64,000 nucleotides of DNA from an uncultured virus (IMG/VR IMGVR_UViG_2874854922_000002) (IMGVR_UViG_2874854922_000002), one strand, 5' to 3'; shown: positions 37,887 through 47,935, counted from the first letter of the stretch. Program-made: numbers and translations. The notes: generated from the sequence alone by a model not told the origin.

Positions 37887-40246
37887 GTAAATTTGAGTAC
37901 GCGTGGAATGCTCCACGTCCGGCCATAGGCGGTTACGAGCATACCGATAGCGCGCGCGGCATCATGTACCTGACGCCGGACGGCAATCGCAAGCTTTTGA
38001 CAATAGCCGAACTGGCAGAAACGAATGAGGCACCAGACCGGAGCCGGGCTGTTCGTCGTCGTCTGGCTTCGCTGCCTCATTTTGTCCGTCGTATGTATGC
38101 TCAAAAACTTGAGCAGGTGGACCGCAAAGGGAAAAAAGCAGCAGATGCCTGGCTGATCAATACCTTTGAACGATATGTATTGAGTCGTATAGATCAGGTC
38201 AATGAGCAGTATCTGCCGCAGGGGGTAATGCCTGCGGCTTTGTTGCCTCTGCGTGAGCAATTCTGGCGCCTGCTTTGGGCCGGGAAAAAAGAACTGAAAC
38301 GGCTGGCGCATAACCTTGCTGATCTTCTGGGTAGCGAGTTTAACCGCGAGTTTGATTTTCAGATGGCCCGCACGTCCGATCCCCACTTCTCTACCCTTTC
38401 TGGTTATGGCCGGATGGGTTTTCTTGCTAATCACCTTAAAACACCGGTCCCTTGCTGGAAAGCATACTGCGAAGAAGAACTGCAAGCGGAAGACGCCCTG
38501 AAAGCAGTGGCACGCTTACAGTCTCCGCAGTGGTGGCTTAATCGTCTGCGCCGTATGCATGCTCGCTGGCGTGAGCATCTGATGGTTGCGGCCGGGTATG
38601 TACACAAAAAATCCGCACCTTACTGCAGTGACCCGTGTTTACAGGAATGGACGGCGCAAAAGAAAGCCAACCGCGAATTTCTGAAAGCGATGGAGCTGGA
38701 AGTTGAGGACACCGGAGAACGTGTATCGCTGATTGATAAAGTGGCCGGCAGCGTTGCCAACCCAGCCAACCGACGCCGTGAACTGATGGCGCGCATGCGT
38801 GGTTTTGAAGATTTAGCGAATGAAGCCGGGCTGGCTGGGGCGTTCTTTACGCTTACCGCTCCATCCAAATATCACTCAATGCAGTACGACGGGCGCCGGA
38901 ACAACAAATACAGTGGTGCCTCACCGCGTGAAACACAGAAATATCTTTGCAAAGTATGGGCGCGCACGCGTGCGGCCTGGCTGCGCAATGGTATTCGCGT
39001 GTTTGGTTTCCGCGTTGTTGAGCCTCACCACGATGAGACCCCGCACTGGCACCTCCTGCTTTTCATGCGCCCGGAGCATATCGAACCGGCAACAGCGATC
39101 TTTCGTAAGCACGCGATGCGTGAGGATGGGAATGAGCCTGGCGCCGCTGAAAACCGTTTCGAAATGAAACCCATTGAGAAAGAGAAAGGCAGCGCTACGG
39201 GCTATATCGCCAAATACATTTCAAAAAACATTGATGGCTATCAGCTTGATGACGATCTGGACGATGAAACCGGCAAGCCTCTGAAAGAAATGGCCCGCCG
39301 CGTAAGTGCTTGGGCGTCTCGCTGGGCGATCCGTCAGTTCCAGCAAATAGGCGGCGCACCGGTAACAGTGTGGCGCGAATTGCGCCGCCTCGGTGATCGT
39401 GAGTTGGTCCTGCACCCCGAAATTGAGCCAGTGCGACAGGCCGCCGACAGCAGCGCGTGGGATTTATACGTGAGTGCTCAGGGTGGCCCGCTGGTTTCCC
39501 GCGATCTCCTGCGCGTGCGCCTCAGCTATGAAGTCACCGAAAACGGCAACCTTTACGGGGATGACGTCTCCAAAATTTCCGGCGTTTATTCCCCGATCCG
39601 TGGGCCGGAATCGCTGATTCATACGCGCACTACCAAATACAAAATTGTGCCGAAGCGTCAGACCGACGGTGTTTCAGGTTTTGACCTTGATTTTTCAGGC
39701 GGCCCCGCCGCCCCTCGGAGTTCTGTCAATAACTGTACGCGGGAGCCGCGGGAGGTTGAAAAACGCGCCGATCCTGGCGGCACGGTCATGAATGACTGTG
39801 CCAGCTGGGCGGATATGGGCTCTTTATCCCGGAAAGAAAAACGGGTGATAGCGCAGCGGCTGAGCGAAGCGGCAAAGGCATCCAACAAGCGTGTAAAAGT
39901 GAGGCCAAAAGCCAGCCCTATGACGGAGCAGGAAAAGCAAATTAGTGAGCTGCTGGCTCTGCGTGGTGTGGATGCCAGTGCCGGAATGGTCCGTTCGTTG
40001 ATTTCTGGCGCGGTGGTTGCCTTTGGCGATCAGGTGTTAACGGTTGAAGAAGGGCGCCTTACTGTCCGAAACCGTACTGTGGCAGGTGTTGAGCGTCTGC
40101 CGTCCCAGATTGTGGAGATTAAACAGCAGGCGGATGACCTTTTGAACCGAATGAAGCGTGCATTTTCAGCGCGTGAATGGCCCGTGATCAACATGGTCAG
40201 GTCTGACGGTGTGGTACCGCGTTCCGTCATTCACCGTCAGAAATGA
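37883..40246 (+). CDS. A: Replication initiator A
   Basis: EPHHDETPHWH, ATGYIAKY. Confidence 0.96.
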   Translation: MSKFEYAWNAPRPAIGGYEHTDSARGIMYLTPDGNRKLLTIAELAETNEAPDRSRAVRRRLASLPHFVRRMYAQKLEQVDRKGKKAADAWLINTFERYVLSRIDQVNEQYLPQGVMPAALLPLREQFWRLLWAGKKELKRLAHNLADLLGSEFNREFDFQMARTSDPHFSTLSGYGRMGFLANHLKTPVPCWKAYCEEELQAEDALKAVARLQSPQWWLNRLRRMHARWREHLMVAAGYVHKKSAPYCSDPCLQEWTAQKKANREFLKAMELEVEDTGERVSLIDKVAGSVANPANRRRELMARMRGFEDLANEAGLAGAFFTLTAPSKYHSMQYDGRRNNKYSGASPRETQKYLCKVWARTRAAWLRNGIRVFGFRVVEPHHDETPHWHLLLFMRPEHIEPATAIFRKHAMREDGNEPGAAENRFEMKPIEKEKGSATGYIAKYISKNIDGYQLDDDLDDETGKPLKEMARRVSAWASRWAIRQFQQIGGAPVTVWRELRRLGDRELVLHPEIEPVRQAADSSAWDLYVSAQGGPLVSRDLLRVRLSYEVTENGNLYGDDVSKISGVYSPIRGPESLIHTRTTKYKIVPKRQTDGVSGFDLDFSGGPAAPRSSVNNCTREPREVEKRADPGGTVMNDCASWADMGSLSRKEKRVIAQRLSEAAKASNKRVKVRPKASPMTEQEKQISELLALRGVDASAGMVRSLISGAVVAFGDQVLTVEEGRLTVRNRTVAGVERLPSQIVEIKQQADDLLNRMKRAFSAREWPVINMVRSDGVVPRSVIHRQK
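39714..39739 (+). other. Replication origin/nick region inside A
   Basis: Identical to 8180-8205. Confidence 0.8.
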
Positions 40247-40287
40247 CAGTGCTGGCCATTCATCGAGTAACGTCATTTTCGACTGTG
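40192..40287. repeat. Three 20-bp imperfect palindromes, consensus YA-NN-GTCA-N4-TGAC-NN-TG
   Basis: 40192-40211, 40232-40251, 40268-40287. Confidence 0.75.
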
Positions 40288-40331
40288 CTGCAGGTGAATT
40301 AAAACGAAATCAGTAGTTGAGGAAAACAGAA

Positions 40332-41027
40332 ATGACCTATCTGGGAAGCAAGGCCGCAAGCGGTGTTTTTCAAAAGATTATTGCGGAAATGCCGCCGCAT
40401 GATACCTACATTGAGACGCACCTGGGCGGTGGCGCTGTCATGTTGCGTAAGCCACCGGCCCGCCGTAATTGGGGCATTGATATTGATCCCCTGACGGTTG
40501 AAGCGTTCTGCCAGGGCAATGCTGATTTCCTTGATAACGTGGGCGATAGCCTTTTTATCGATGTTGCCGATGCGGTGCAGTTTTTAAGGGACTTCGATTT
40601 TTCCTCTGCCGGTCGTGTGCTGGTTTACGCGGACCCTCCTTATTTGCATGAAACGCGGACCAGTGCCGCGCGGTATCGCAATGAATATACCGTAGCCGAT
40701 CATGAGCGGCTGCTGGCCTGCCTTAAAAGCCTGCCAAAAAATGTCAGTGTAATTTTGTCCGGCTATCCGTCAACGCTTTATGACGAACTGTTAACGGGCT
40801 GGCGCCAGAAAGAATTTCAGGCCATGACGCGCGGCGGTGTGCGCACAGAGAAAATCTGGATGAATTACCCGGAGGGGAAAGCCTACTCGCACACTTTCGC
40901 GGGTAAGGATTACAACGACAGGGAGCGCATCAAACGCAAGGCGAAGCGCTGGCGCGAAAAATTTGCAGCACTACCACACCCGGAGCGGCTGGCAATAATG
41001 ACCGCCCTGAGCGAAGTTGATGATTAA
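40332..41027 (+). CDS. D12-class adenine MTase with basic C-terminal extension (MTase 2)
   Basis: YLGSK, YIETHLGGG, YADPPY, ILSGY, TEKIWMNY. Confidence 0.88.
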   Translation: MTYLGSKAASGVFQKIIAEMPPHDTYIETHLGGGAVMLRKPPARRNWGIDIDPLTVEAFCQGNADFLDNVGDSLFIDVADAVQFLRDFDFSSAGRVLVYADPPYLHETRTSAARYRNEYTVADHERLLACLKSLPKNVSVILSGYPSTLYDELLTGWRQKEFQAMTRGGVRTEKIWMNYPEGKAYSHTFAGKDYNDRERIKRKAKRWREKFAALPHPERLAIMTALSEVDD

Positions 41028-41093
41028 CCTCAGCAAACAGACTCATCTGATTGATTGATAGAAAGTATTTTACAACCTCAAAATCCTCCTATA

Positions 41094-41124
41094 CTGTATA
41101 TATAAACAGTGGATATATATACAG
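41094..41124. promoter_or_regulatory. LexA box plus adjacent degenerate second box
   Basis: CTGTATATATAAACAG (41094-41109); GTGGATATATATACAG (41109-41124). Confidence 0.88.
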
Positions 41125-41187
41125 CGCGTCAATATCTCTTCCTGGGGATATTGGCTGGTTTATCCCGTAGTGAGGATAGGAGGGAAA

Positions 41188-41376
41188 ATGCAGGACTATC
41201 TTTTGGAGTCGTTGAAACTCCAGCGTATTGATTTCTTTATCAAGCTTGTAGCGGCTAGTGAGTGTAGCGAAGAAGAGAAACGCCTTGCGATCCAGTGGGT
41301 GTCGGAACTGACGGACGAGCTGATGGCGAAAATTCGTAACCATGATTACGGCCAGGCAATGGACGTTATCAACTAA
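41188..41376 (+). CDS. TumA-like antirepressor
   Basis: AGGAGG RBS, LexA box, EKRLAIQWVSEL. Confidence 0.75.
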   Translation: MQDYLLESLKLQRIDFFIKLVAASECSEEEKRLAIQWVSELTDELMAKIRNHDYGQAMDVIN

Positions 41377-41386
41377 AGGGGGCTTT

Positions 41387-41620
41387 ATGCGCATTGAAAT
41401 AATGATCGATAAAGAGCAGAAGATAAACCAGGCAACACTGGAAGCCCTTGAATCCGAGCTTTACCGAAATTTGCGCCCTCTCTACCCAAAAACGGCAATC
41501 CGCATACGCAAGGGAAGCGCTAACGGCGTTGAGCTGAGCGGGTTAAAACTGGATGAAGACAAAAAGCGAGTGATGGAAATTATGCAGAAGGTCTGGGAAG
41601 ACGACAGCTGGTTACATTAG
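41387..41620 (+). CDS. DinI-like (TumB) protein
   Basis: MRIEIMIDK...QKVWEDDSW, homologous to the C-terminal half of prophage 1 Tum. Confidence 0.85.
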   Translation: MRIEIMIDKEQKINQATLEALESELYRNLRPLYPKTAIRIRKGSANGVELSGLKLDEDKKRVMEIMQKVWEDDSWLH

Positions 41621-41622
41621 CG

Positions 41623-41691
41623 AACGTTGCGGACGATAAAACTGGTTTTTACCGTCCGCAAGGTTGAACAACGAGCCGTTCGAGGCGTTAG
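41623..41691 (+). other. 69-nt conserved structured element (copy 2)
   Basis: See 9959-10027. Confidence 0.6.
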
Positions 41692-41906
41692 AAATTGTCT
41701 TTGTTAGTGCCTACTTCTCATAAGAGGCACTATATATGCTAAATGCAGCGGTTTAAGGCAGAAACATCTTGCGCGATTAGGGGCAATGAACTTAAGTTAA
41801 GTAACGCAACCAACTGTTAAAACGGTTGTCTTAGTTATAAGGAATTTGCTGTTGTGGTTGCTGGTGACGAAGTGTACACTTCCGCGCCATATAAGAAGGA
41901 GGGGTT

Positions 41907-42125
41907 ATGTCAAGTATCGCCGCATTGAGGCTGGGTAATCCAGTTGAACGTTTGGCACGGGTTCTGAAAGAGAACCAGGACAAGCTCAATCTGAGTAAAG
42001 ACGGTTTTGTGTCCGTAGATTTGTCCAACGAAGAAGCTATGAAAGCCATCAGAGATCAGATGGATAAGCTTGAAGCCGTCAAAACGAGCACTGTTAAAGC
42101 AAAATATTATTACAGAACCCGATAA
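41907..42125 (+). CDS. 72-aa cargo protein
   Basis: AAGGAGG RBS; TAATG coupling to the next gene. Confidence 0.75.
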   Translation: MSSIAALRLGNPVERLARVLKENQDKLNLSKDGFVSVDLSNEEAMKAIRDQMDKLEAVKTSTVKAKYYYRTR

Positions 42126-42967
42126 TGGCAACATTACTTTTAGCAGTGATTTTGGTTAGTGGTTTTATTTATGTAAACCTATCACTTTCAACACGTTATA
42201 GATATAAGCGTTCCAATGGCTGGGACGCTTATTTTTTTGTGGCTGCATGGGGAATTGTCTTTTTCCTCGCTGGCGGCTTCCTTACCTTCGCTCTTAACAT
42301 CAGCGGTGGGTTTCGCTGGCTTTCTAATGCGCTGAATCTGACTCCAGACAGCTTTAACGGGATGTTATCCACCACAACCGATAAACCGCAGCGCATCAAT
42401 GAAATTAAGCAAATCGCGTGGGTTGTGATTTCAATAGTTCTGGCGGCACTGTTCGGTTGGCTAAACAAACGTCGTACTTCAAAGGGGGATCGCCGTTGGG
42501 ATGCACTGGCAAAGGCAGTGGGAAACAATTCTTTTGAATCGCTGCTCATGGAAGCATCAGCTCGCCAGTTTCCTATCATCGCTACACTTTCATCACGCAA
42601 AATCTATGTAGGGCTGGTGACTTGCCCTGCGTTGGAAAATGGATTGTCGGAACACCTTGAAATTCTCCCCATGCTGAGCGGATATCGTGACAAAGACGAC
42701 CTAACGATAAATATCACGACAAACTATCATCAGCACTATCTTGAAAGCGGCGTTATCAGTGGGATGTCGCGCCTGAATATCCAGGATTTCCGTGTGCTGA
42801 TCCCTAAAGACGAAGTTGAAACCATCTCGTTTTTTGATACTGAAACGTATAACAAATTTAAAGAAGACGAAGCGCGTGACCGGAAAGACTGCCGCAAGTT
42901 GGGTGGCAAAAAACCATCCACGCGCAGGAGAAGGACTGCTGGCGACGCAGAGCAGGGTAGTGCATGA
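42125..42967 (+). CDS. 280-aa cargo membrane protein (about 3 TM plus beta-rich soluble domain)
   Basis: Three hydrophobic segments, then IATLSSRKIYVG...LSGYR...FRVLIP. Confidence 0.8.
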   Translation: MATLLLAVILVSGFIYVNLSLSTRYRYKRSNGWDAYFFVAAWGIVFFLAGGFLTFALNISGGFRWLSNALNLTPDSFNGMLSTTTDKPQRINEIKQIAWVVISIVLAALFGWLNKRRTSKGDRRWDALAKAVGNNSFESLLMEASARQFPIIATLSSRKIYVGLVTCPALENGLSEHLEILPMLSGYRDKDDLTINITTNYHQHYLESGVISGMSRLNIQDFRVLIPKDEVETISFFDTETYNKFKEDEARDRKDCRKLGGKKPSTRRRRTAGDAEQGSA

Positions 42968-43014
42968 CTATGCTGCATGAATGCGCATGATCGTTTAAGG
43001 ATCGTTTTTGCTGA

Positions 43015-43040
43015 GGCCCGCCAGAAATGGCGGGCTTTTG
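43015..43040 (+). terminator. Hairpin/terminator before cos
   Basis: GCCCGCCA...TGGCGGGC plus TTTT. Confidence 0.6.
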
Positions 43041-43084
43041 CTTATGTCATGCATGTGCATGAAAACCACTACACAAAGCGGGCA

Positions 43085-43103
43085 GGCGTGGCGGGGCTAC
43101 GAG
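43085..43103 (+). other. cos site of prophage 2
   Basis: GGCGTGGCGGGGCTACGAG after AAAGCGGGCA, same context as cos 1. Confidence 0.8.
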
Positions 43104-43179
43104 CGCGCGGTTTTGGTTGTCAACGCACTATTAATGCTATAGAACAGTGCTACTTAAACGATTTTCTAAGGTGGCCTCA

Positions 43180-44925
43180 ATGGAACTGCAAGCAAACGCC
43201 AGGACATTAACCAATGTATTATCAGTCAACAAAAAATATATCGTCCCTAGGTTTCAAAGAGAATATTCATGGGGAAAGGAACAAGTAAGTGAGCTGTGGA
43301 ATGATATAATATCTAATATCCATTTGCAGCAGGATGGACAGTATCATTATGATGAGTATTTTATTGGTGCGCTCGTTTTAGTTGGTCAAGAGACAAGTTC
43401 AGAATTAATGATAGTAGATGGTCAGCAGCGTCTAACTACTCTAACAATTTTGCTTTCTGCTTTATGCGATAAATTTAAACAGAATAATGAACAGGCAGTT
43501 GCGCAATCTATTTACAATAATTATATATCTGGCATCGATGATGATGGCAAACCATTCTTTAAATTAGTAAATGAAACTCCGAAACCATATTTTCAAAACA
43601 ATATACAACATATTGATAAAAAAAGTGATGGTCCTGAGTCTCTTGAGGAAAGAAATCTGCAGTCCGCATATAATGATTTGACTGAGTATCTTTCTGAGGA
43701 GTACCTCTCTAAGATGTTAGGAATTGATGGGAGGGAGTTTAATTATCTGGAAGCTTTGAAAGCAGTAAGAGATCAGGTCCTTCGTTATCTAAAGGTGATT
43801 TACATTACAGTAAACGATGAAGATGAGGCGTATACTATTTTTGAAACTCTCAATGCGAGAGGGTTAAATCTTAGTTATGTTGATTTGATAAAAAATAAAT
43901 TATTCAAAAAACTCAATGGTACGCATCCTGATGATGATGCGAAAACCAAGTGGAACAAAATCAGACAGATTATATCTAGCCGTAATGGGGTAGGTTCGAT
44001 TGAAACCTTTATACGTCATTGGTGGGTGTCTAAGTATTCTTACGTCAGTAGTGATACTCTTTATAAAGCATTTTTGGATAAATGGAAGAAAGGGGAAATT
44101 GATGCTGCAGGGTTCATTGATGAGTTGCTCTCAGATGCTGAGATTTATGTGAAAATCTCTGCTCCGACTGAACAGGATTTTCCTGAGATAGAAATGAAAC
44201 CAGTTTATAGAGGGCTGCAGGCGTTAAGATTGTTCAATATATCTCAGAATAAACCATTTCTGTTGTCTTTGTTTAAGGCAAGGGCCAGTGGTAAATTAAA
44301 GCTTGTTGATATGAATAATGCTATTTTATCGATTGAGCGCTTTCACTTTATGTTTAACGCTATTTGTTCATTGCGCCCTTCTGGTATTGAAAGTGCTTAT
44401 GCTAAAGCAGCGAGGGCTTTGGTAGATGAGGCTGCGACGAAAGCTAGTAATCGACAGGTTATAATAGCTTTACTAGATATGCTTGTGAAAAGAAAGCCTG
44501 AGTTTAACGTGTTTGTGGAAAAATTTATTATGCTAAGGTTTTCTAATCAAGAATTAAAAAATAAAAGGTTGATTCAGTATATTTTTAATAGGCTTGAGTT
44601 GCATTATATGAAAACGGGTGAGTATATGCCTGACTCATTAACATTAGAACACATACAGCCGCAAAGTGTTGGTGAACCAGATGCTTATAGCATGATAGGT
44701 AATCTTTTGCCCTTGTCAAAGGAATTGAATGAAAAAGCGGGAAGTAAACCGGTGAAAGAAAAGATTGATATTTATAAGAAATCAAAATTTGCATTGGTTC
44801 AAATTTTCGTAGATGAGTTTGAAAATAAATATCAAGGGGAATGGAAACCTGATTCTATGATGTCTAGGGCTATTGAATTATGCATGTTATCTTATAATAC
44901 GGTTTGGAAATTAGGAAGGGATTAA
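43180..44925 (+). CDS. DUF262-DUF1524(HNH) protein, GmrSD/SspE-like
   Basis: PRFQREYSW, VDGQQRLTT, IFETLNARG, TLEHIQPQ...IGNLLPL...LN; AT-rich. Confidence 0.9.
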   Translation: MELQANARTLTNVLSVNKKYIVPRFQREYSWGKEQVSELWNDIISNIHLQQDGQYHYDEYFIGALVLVGQETSSELMIVDGQQRLTTLTILLSALCDKFKQNNEQAVAQSIYNNYISGIDDDGKPFFKLVNETPKPYFQNNIQHIDKKSDGPESLEERNLQSAYNDLTEYLSEEYLSKMLGIDGREFNYLEALKAVRDQVLRYLKVIYITVNDEDEAYTIFETLNARGLNLSYVDLIKNKLFKKLNGTHPDDDAKTKWNKIRQIISSRNGVGSIETFIRHWWVSKYSYVSSDTLYKAFLDKWKKGEIDAAGFIDELLSDAEIYVKISAPTEQDFPEIEMKPVYRGLQALRLFNISQNKPFLLSLFKARASGKLKLVDMNNAILSIERFHFMFNAICSLRPSGIESAYAKAARALVDEAATKASNRQVIIALLDMLVKRKPEFNVFVEKFIMLRFSNQELKNKRLIQYIFNRLELHYMKTGEYMPDSLTLEHIQPQSVGEPDAYSMIGNLLPLSKELNEKAGSKPVKEKIDIYKKSKFALVQIFVDEFENKYQGEWKPDSMMSRAIELCMLSYNTVWKLGRD

Positions 44926-44929
44926 GAAT

Positions 44930-44956
44930 ATCAGGGGCTAATATTTAGCCCCTGAT
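44930..44956. terminator. Hairpin between convergent genes
   Basis: ATCAGGGGCTAA-TAT-TTAGCCCCTGAT. Confidence 0.75.
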
Positions 44957-44961
44957 GTTTA

Positions 44962-46023
44962 TTAATTGGTGCTATTATCAATCTCTAAAGAATATGCCTC
45001 AAAGCGGATCAATTCTTCTCCCAGCCATTCGTTTATTTCCTGCATTCGCTTCTGCAGCGGCATCAATTCGTTGCGGACAAATACTCGGCTTGCTTTCTCC
45101 ACGTCACCAAATCCCCCTGTATTCGTTGGAATAATCCCCATCAGCTGCGGCGGCACGCGGTGAGCTGCCAGCATGTCATCACGGCTCACATTCTTGATGT
45201 TAAGAAACTCATCTTTCGCTGCGACCTCTGACAGTGGGATGATCTGAATGCCGTCTTTCTTGCCGTTCGGGCTGTACATAAACAGGTTGCGGAAGTTGCC
45301 CGGCCCTTTCGATTTTTTAAGTGCTTCGCGTATGTTGTCCACGTCTTTCTGATCGGCGGCGGGGTCGCTCATGTACATGATGAAACCAGCATGGCTACCG
45401 TTGAGGTAATACTTACGACGAAACAGCGTTGCCGATTCATTCAGCAGTGCGGAAGGAATGGCAGAAAGGTATTCCGGCATCCCGTAAAGCTCCTGGTTAA
45501 CGTCGGGTTCCATCAGATGAAACACGCTTCCCTCATCGAACTGATATGGCTGTGAGTTGTGACCATACTGTGCAAACCAGTAGGTGTCCTGGTCAATGCC
45601 ACGACGGGTATATTTGGCAAGCGAGGCGCGCAGCTCCATGATCTGCCCTAACCGGTTCATGCGTTTTTCAAGGTAGGCATTACCGAATACCAGAAAGTCC
45701 TGGGCGAACCGGGAAAAGGCTTGTTTAGACAGCCAGCGGTGAGGGATGAAGGTACTGGTAAGAATATTGCGTTTTACCTGAATAGCGCTGGAGTGATGCA
45801 CGGCGGCGCGGTAAGTTCGCGCCAGGCCATCCATGCTGATCGGTGGTTCGTACCAGCGGTCTACCTGCACGCACTCCAGGTAATCAAATAACTCTCGGCG
45901 GTCCATCACGGGGATCGGATCGCCAAACGTAAACGCCTCCGCATGTGCATTACTGACCATGCTGGGCGTATCGGTGGCGGTCTGGCCGCGCGGTGTCTTG
46001 CTGAGGTTTTTGCGGTTAGCCAT
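44962..46023 (-). CDS. Q: Portal
   Basis: FTFGDPIPV, YGMPEYLSA. Confidence 0.96.
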   Translation of the reverse strand: MANRKNLSKTPRGQTATDTPSMVSNAHAEAFTFGDPIPVMDRRELFDYLECVQVDRWYEPPISMDGLARTYRAAVHHSSAIQVKRNILTSTFIPHRWLSKQAFSRFAQDFLVFGNAYLEKRMNRLGQIMELRASLAKYTRRGIDQDTYWFAQYGHNSQPYQFDEGSVFHLMEPDVNQELYGMPEYLSAIPSALLNESATLFRRKYYLNGSHAGFIMYMSDPAADQKDVDNIREALKKSKGPGNFRNLFMYSPNGKKDGIQIIPLSEVAAKDEFLNIKNVSRDDMLAAHRVPPQLMGIIPTNTGGFGDVEKASRVFVRNELMPLQKRMQEINEWLGEELIRFEAYSLEIDNSTN

Positions 46024-47786
46024 TAAAAAATCTCCACGATGTTGCTGGTACTGGCGGAAGCTCCTGCCAGTGGTTCGTTATAAAGTGCGTGCATGGTTGC
46101 CCAGGCTAAATCCGCGTGGCTGGCTTCCTCTGTGCGGGCTGCTTCGTAGGTTGGCCGGTTGCCGCTGGCGGTGGTTGAACGGCGAATGGACATAAAGGAC
46201 TGCGCGATATCCAGCATCCCTGCGTCAAATTCCAGACGGCGCCCGCTGATGATGTCGTAGGCTTTAAGCACCAGGGCATTTTTAACGGTCGGGTTGTAGA
46301 CAAACTCGCGCGCCGCAGGGAAGAACTGCTTAACCGTTTTGTAAACGCCATCGCCTACGCCGGTCGAGTCAATGCCGATGTAGGTCACGTTGTAGCGTCT
46401 GGTGATTTCCTCAATCGCTGAGGCCTGGGCGCGAAAGTCCATCCCGCGCCACTGGTGACGCTCAAGGATGCGAAATTTACCCCCGGGGACGACGGGAGGC
46501 GCAATGACCACGCAACCGGCGCTGTCACCATTCTGCGTTCCTTTTGCCGGGTCATAGCCGATCCAGACAGGGTGGTATGCAAACGGCCGCAGTAATAGCG
46601 GTTCGAAATCGTCCCACACATCCCAGCTGTCAACCATGCAGGACTGCAGCAACGCCAGCGGGAACACGGACGCCAGGTCGTCAACAAACTGACACATCAG
46701 CAGGTTGTTGTATTCGTCCGGGCTGTACTCCAGGCGCAGCTGGTCCAGGTCGAAAAGGTTACACCCGCCGTTTACGGCATCTTCGATGGTGACTATCTGG
46801 CGGTACTGGCCGTCAGGACATAAAACGCCGTGCGCCAGGCTACTGTGAGAAAGGTCAAATTCTACCCTGTCGGCTTTCGGGCGCCCTTTATTGAACAGGG
46901 CACCAGACCAGAACGGGTATGCGCTGTGCGTCAGGCTGGAAGGTGTTGAGAAATAGGTCTGACGCCATTTTTTGTGCAGCGCCATACCGGAGGCCACCTT
47001 GCGCAGCTCCTGGAATTTCGGTATCCAGAAATACTCATCAAGATACAGATTGCCGTGATAGCTCTGCGCGGTACGGGCATTTGTACCGAGGAAGTAAAGA
47101 CAGGCGCCGTTAGGCAGCACCATCGGATCGCCTTTCAGCTCAACATCCACCTCTTTTGCGAAGTCGATAATGTACTGTTTAAAAACGTGTGCCTGCGCTT
47201 TACTCGCTGACAGAAAGATTTGATTTCGGCCCGTGGTCAGGGCGTCTATCAACGCTTCACGGGCGAAATAGTAGGTTGCACCGATCTGGCGTGACTTTAA
47301 GAGGTTGCGGATACGGTGCTTGATGCCAGCGTCCCACCAGTGGCGCTGGTACTCGAACATACCGGCGCGGAAAATCTCTTCCAGCTTTTCGATCTGTTCG
47401 TCGGTAAACAGGTTTTTTTCCGGCGGCTTGCGCGGACCTTTATTGCGGTTCGCAACGTTCGGATTCAGGTCTGCTTCATTCCCGCCATTGTTAAATTTGC
47501 CGATTCTGGCCTGTCGTTCGGACTGACGCGCCAGCAGGTCAATTTCTTTAAAATCCTTTCCTTCCTTCTGCTCCTTCATGACGAGCTGGCAGTAACGTGC
47601 GGCGGTGGTGAGCTGCATCTGATCCAGTGGGCCATATTCGCCCCACTTATCGCGTTTTTTCCAGCTGTGAACGGTTGCAACTTTCTCGCCCAGCATTTCA
47701 GCAATGCGGGCTACGCGGTATCCCTGAAAGTACATCAGCATTGCCTGACGACGGGGATCGAGGTCTGCGGGGGTCAGTGTTGTCAT
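46023..47786 (-). CDS. P: Terminase ATPase subunit
   Basis: Start MTTLTPADLDPRRQA; LKSRQIGAT. Confidence 0.96.
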   Translation of the reverse strand: MTTLTPADLDPRRQAMLMYFQGYRVARIAEMLGEKVATVHSWKKRDKWGEYGPLDQMQLTTAARYCQLVMKEQKEGKDFKEIDLLARQSERQARIGKFNNGGNEADLNPNVANRNKGPRKPPEKNLFTDEQIEKLEEIFRAGMFEYQRHWWDAGIKHRIRNLLKSRQIGATYYFAREALIDALTTGRNQIFLSASKAQAHVFKQYIIDFAKEVDVELKGDPMVLPNGACLYFLGTNARTAQSYHGNLYLDEYFWIPKFQELRKVASGMALHKKWRQTYFSTPSSLTHSAYPFWSGALFNKGRPKADRVEFDLSHSSLAHGVLCPDGQYRQIVTIEDAVNGGCNLFDLDQLRLEYSPDEYNNLLMCQFVDDLASVFPLALLQSCMVDSWDVWDDFEPLLLRPFAYHPVWIGYDPAKGTQNGDSAGCVVIAPPVVPGGKFRILERHQWRGMDFRAQASAIEEITRRYNVTYIGIDSTGVGDGVYKTVKQFFPAAREFVYNPTVKNALVLKAYDIISGRRLEFDAGMLDIAQSFMSIRRSTTASGNRPTYEAARTEEASHADLAWATMHALYNEPLAGASASTSNIVEIF

Positions 47787-47832
47787 GGCACAAACATACG
47801 GCCTCAAATCAGCACTTTCCCCGGCTTCGCAT

Positions 47833-47850
47833 TGTGTGGGAGTTCGCACA
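47833..47850. promoter_or_regulatory. Ogr-type site between P and O
   Basis: TGT-GTGGGAGTTCGC-ACA. Confidence 0.75.
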
Positions 47851-47935
47851 AGCCCAACGCGTTGTTTACACGCGCCCATCACCGCAAACATAAGGCTCTG
47901 AACGTGTTACGAACTAACTAACCGGAGCCGGACCG

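Noticed and set aside
40192..40287. CRISPR or TIGR-like array
   Set aside because: Only three degenerate units with 16-20 nt spacers and no cas or Nop-domain gene in the window; reported as an operator-like repeat instead
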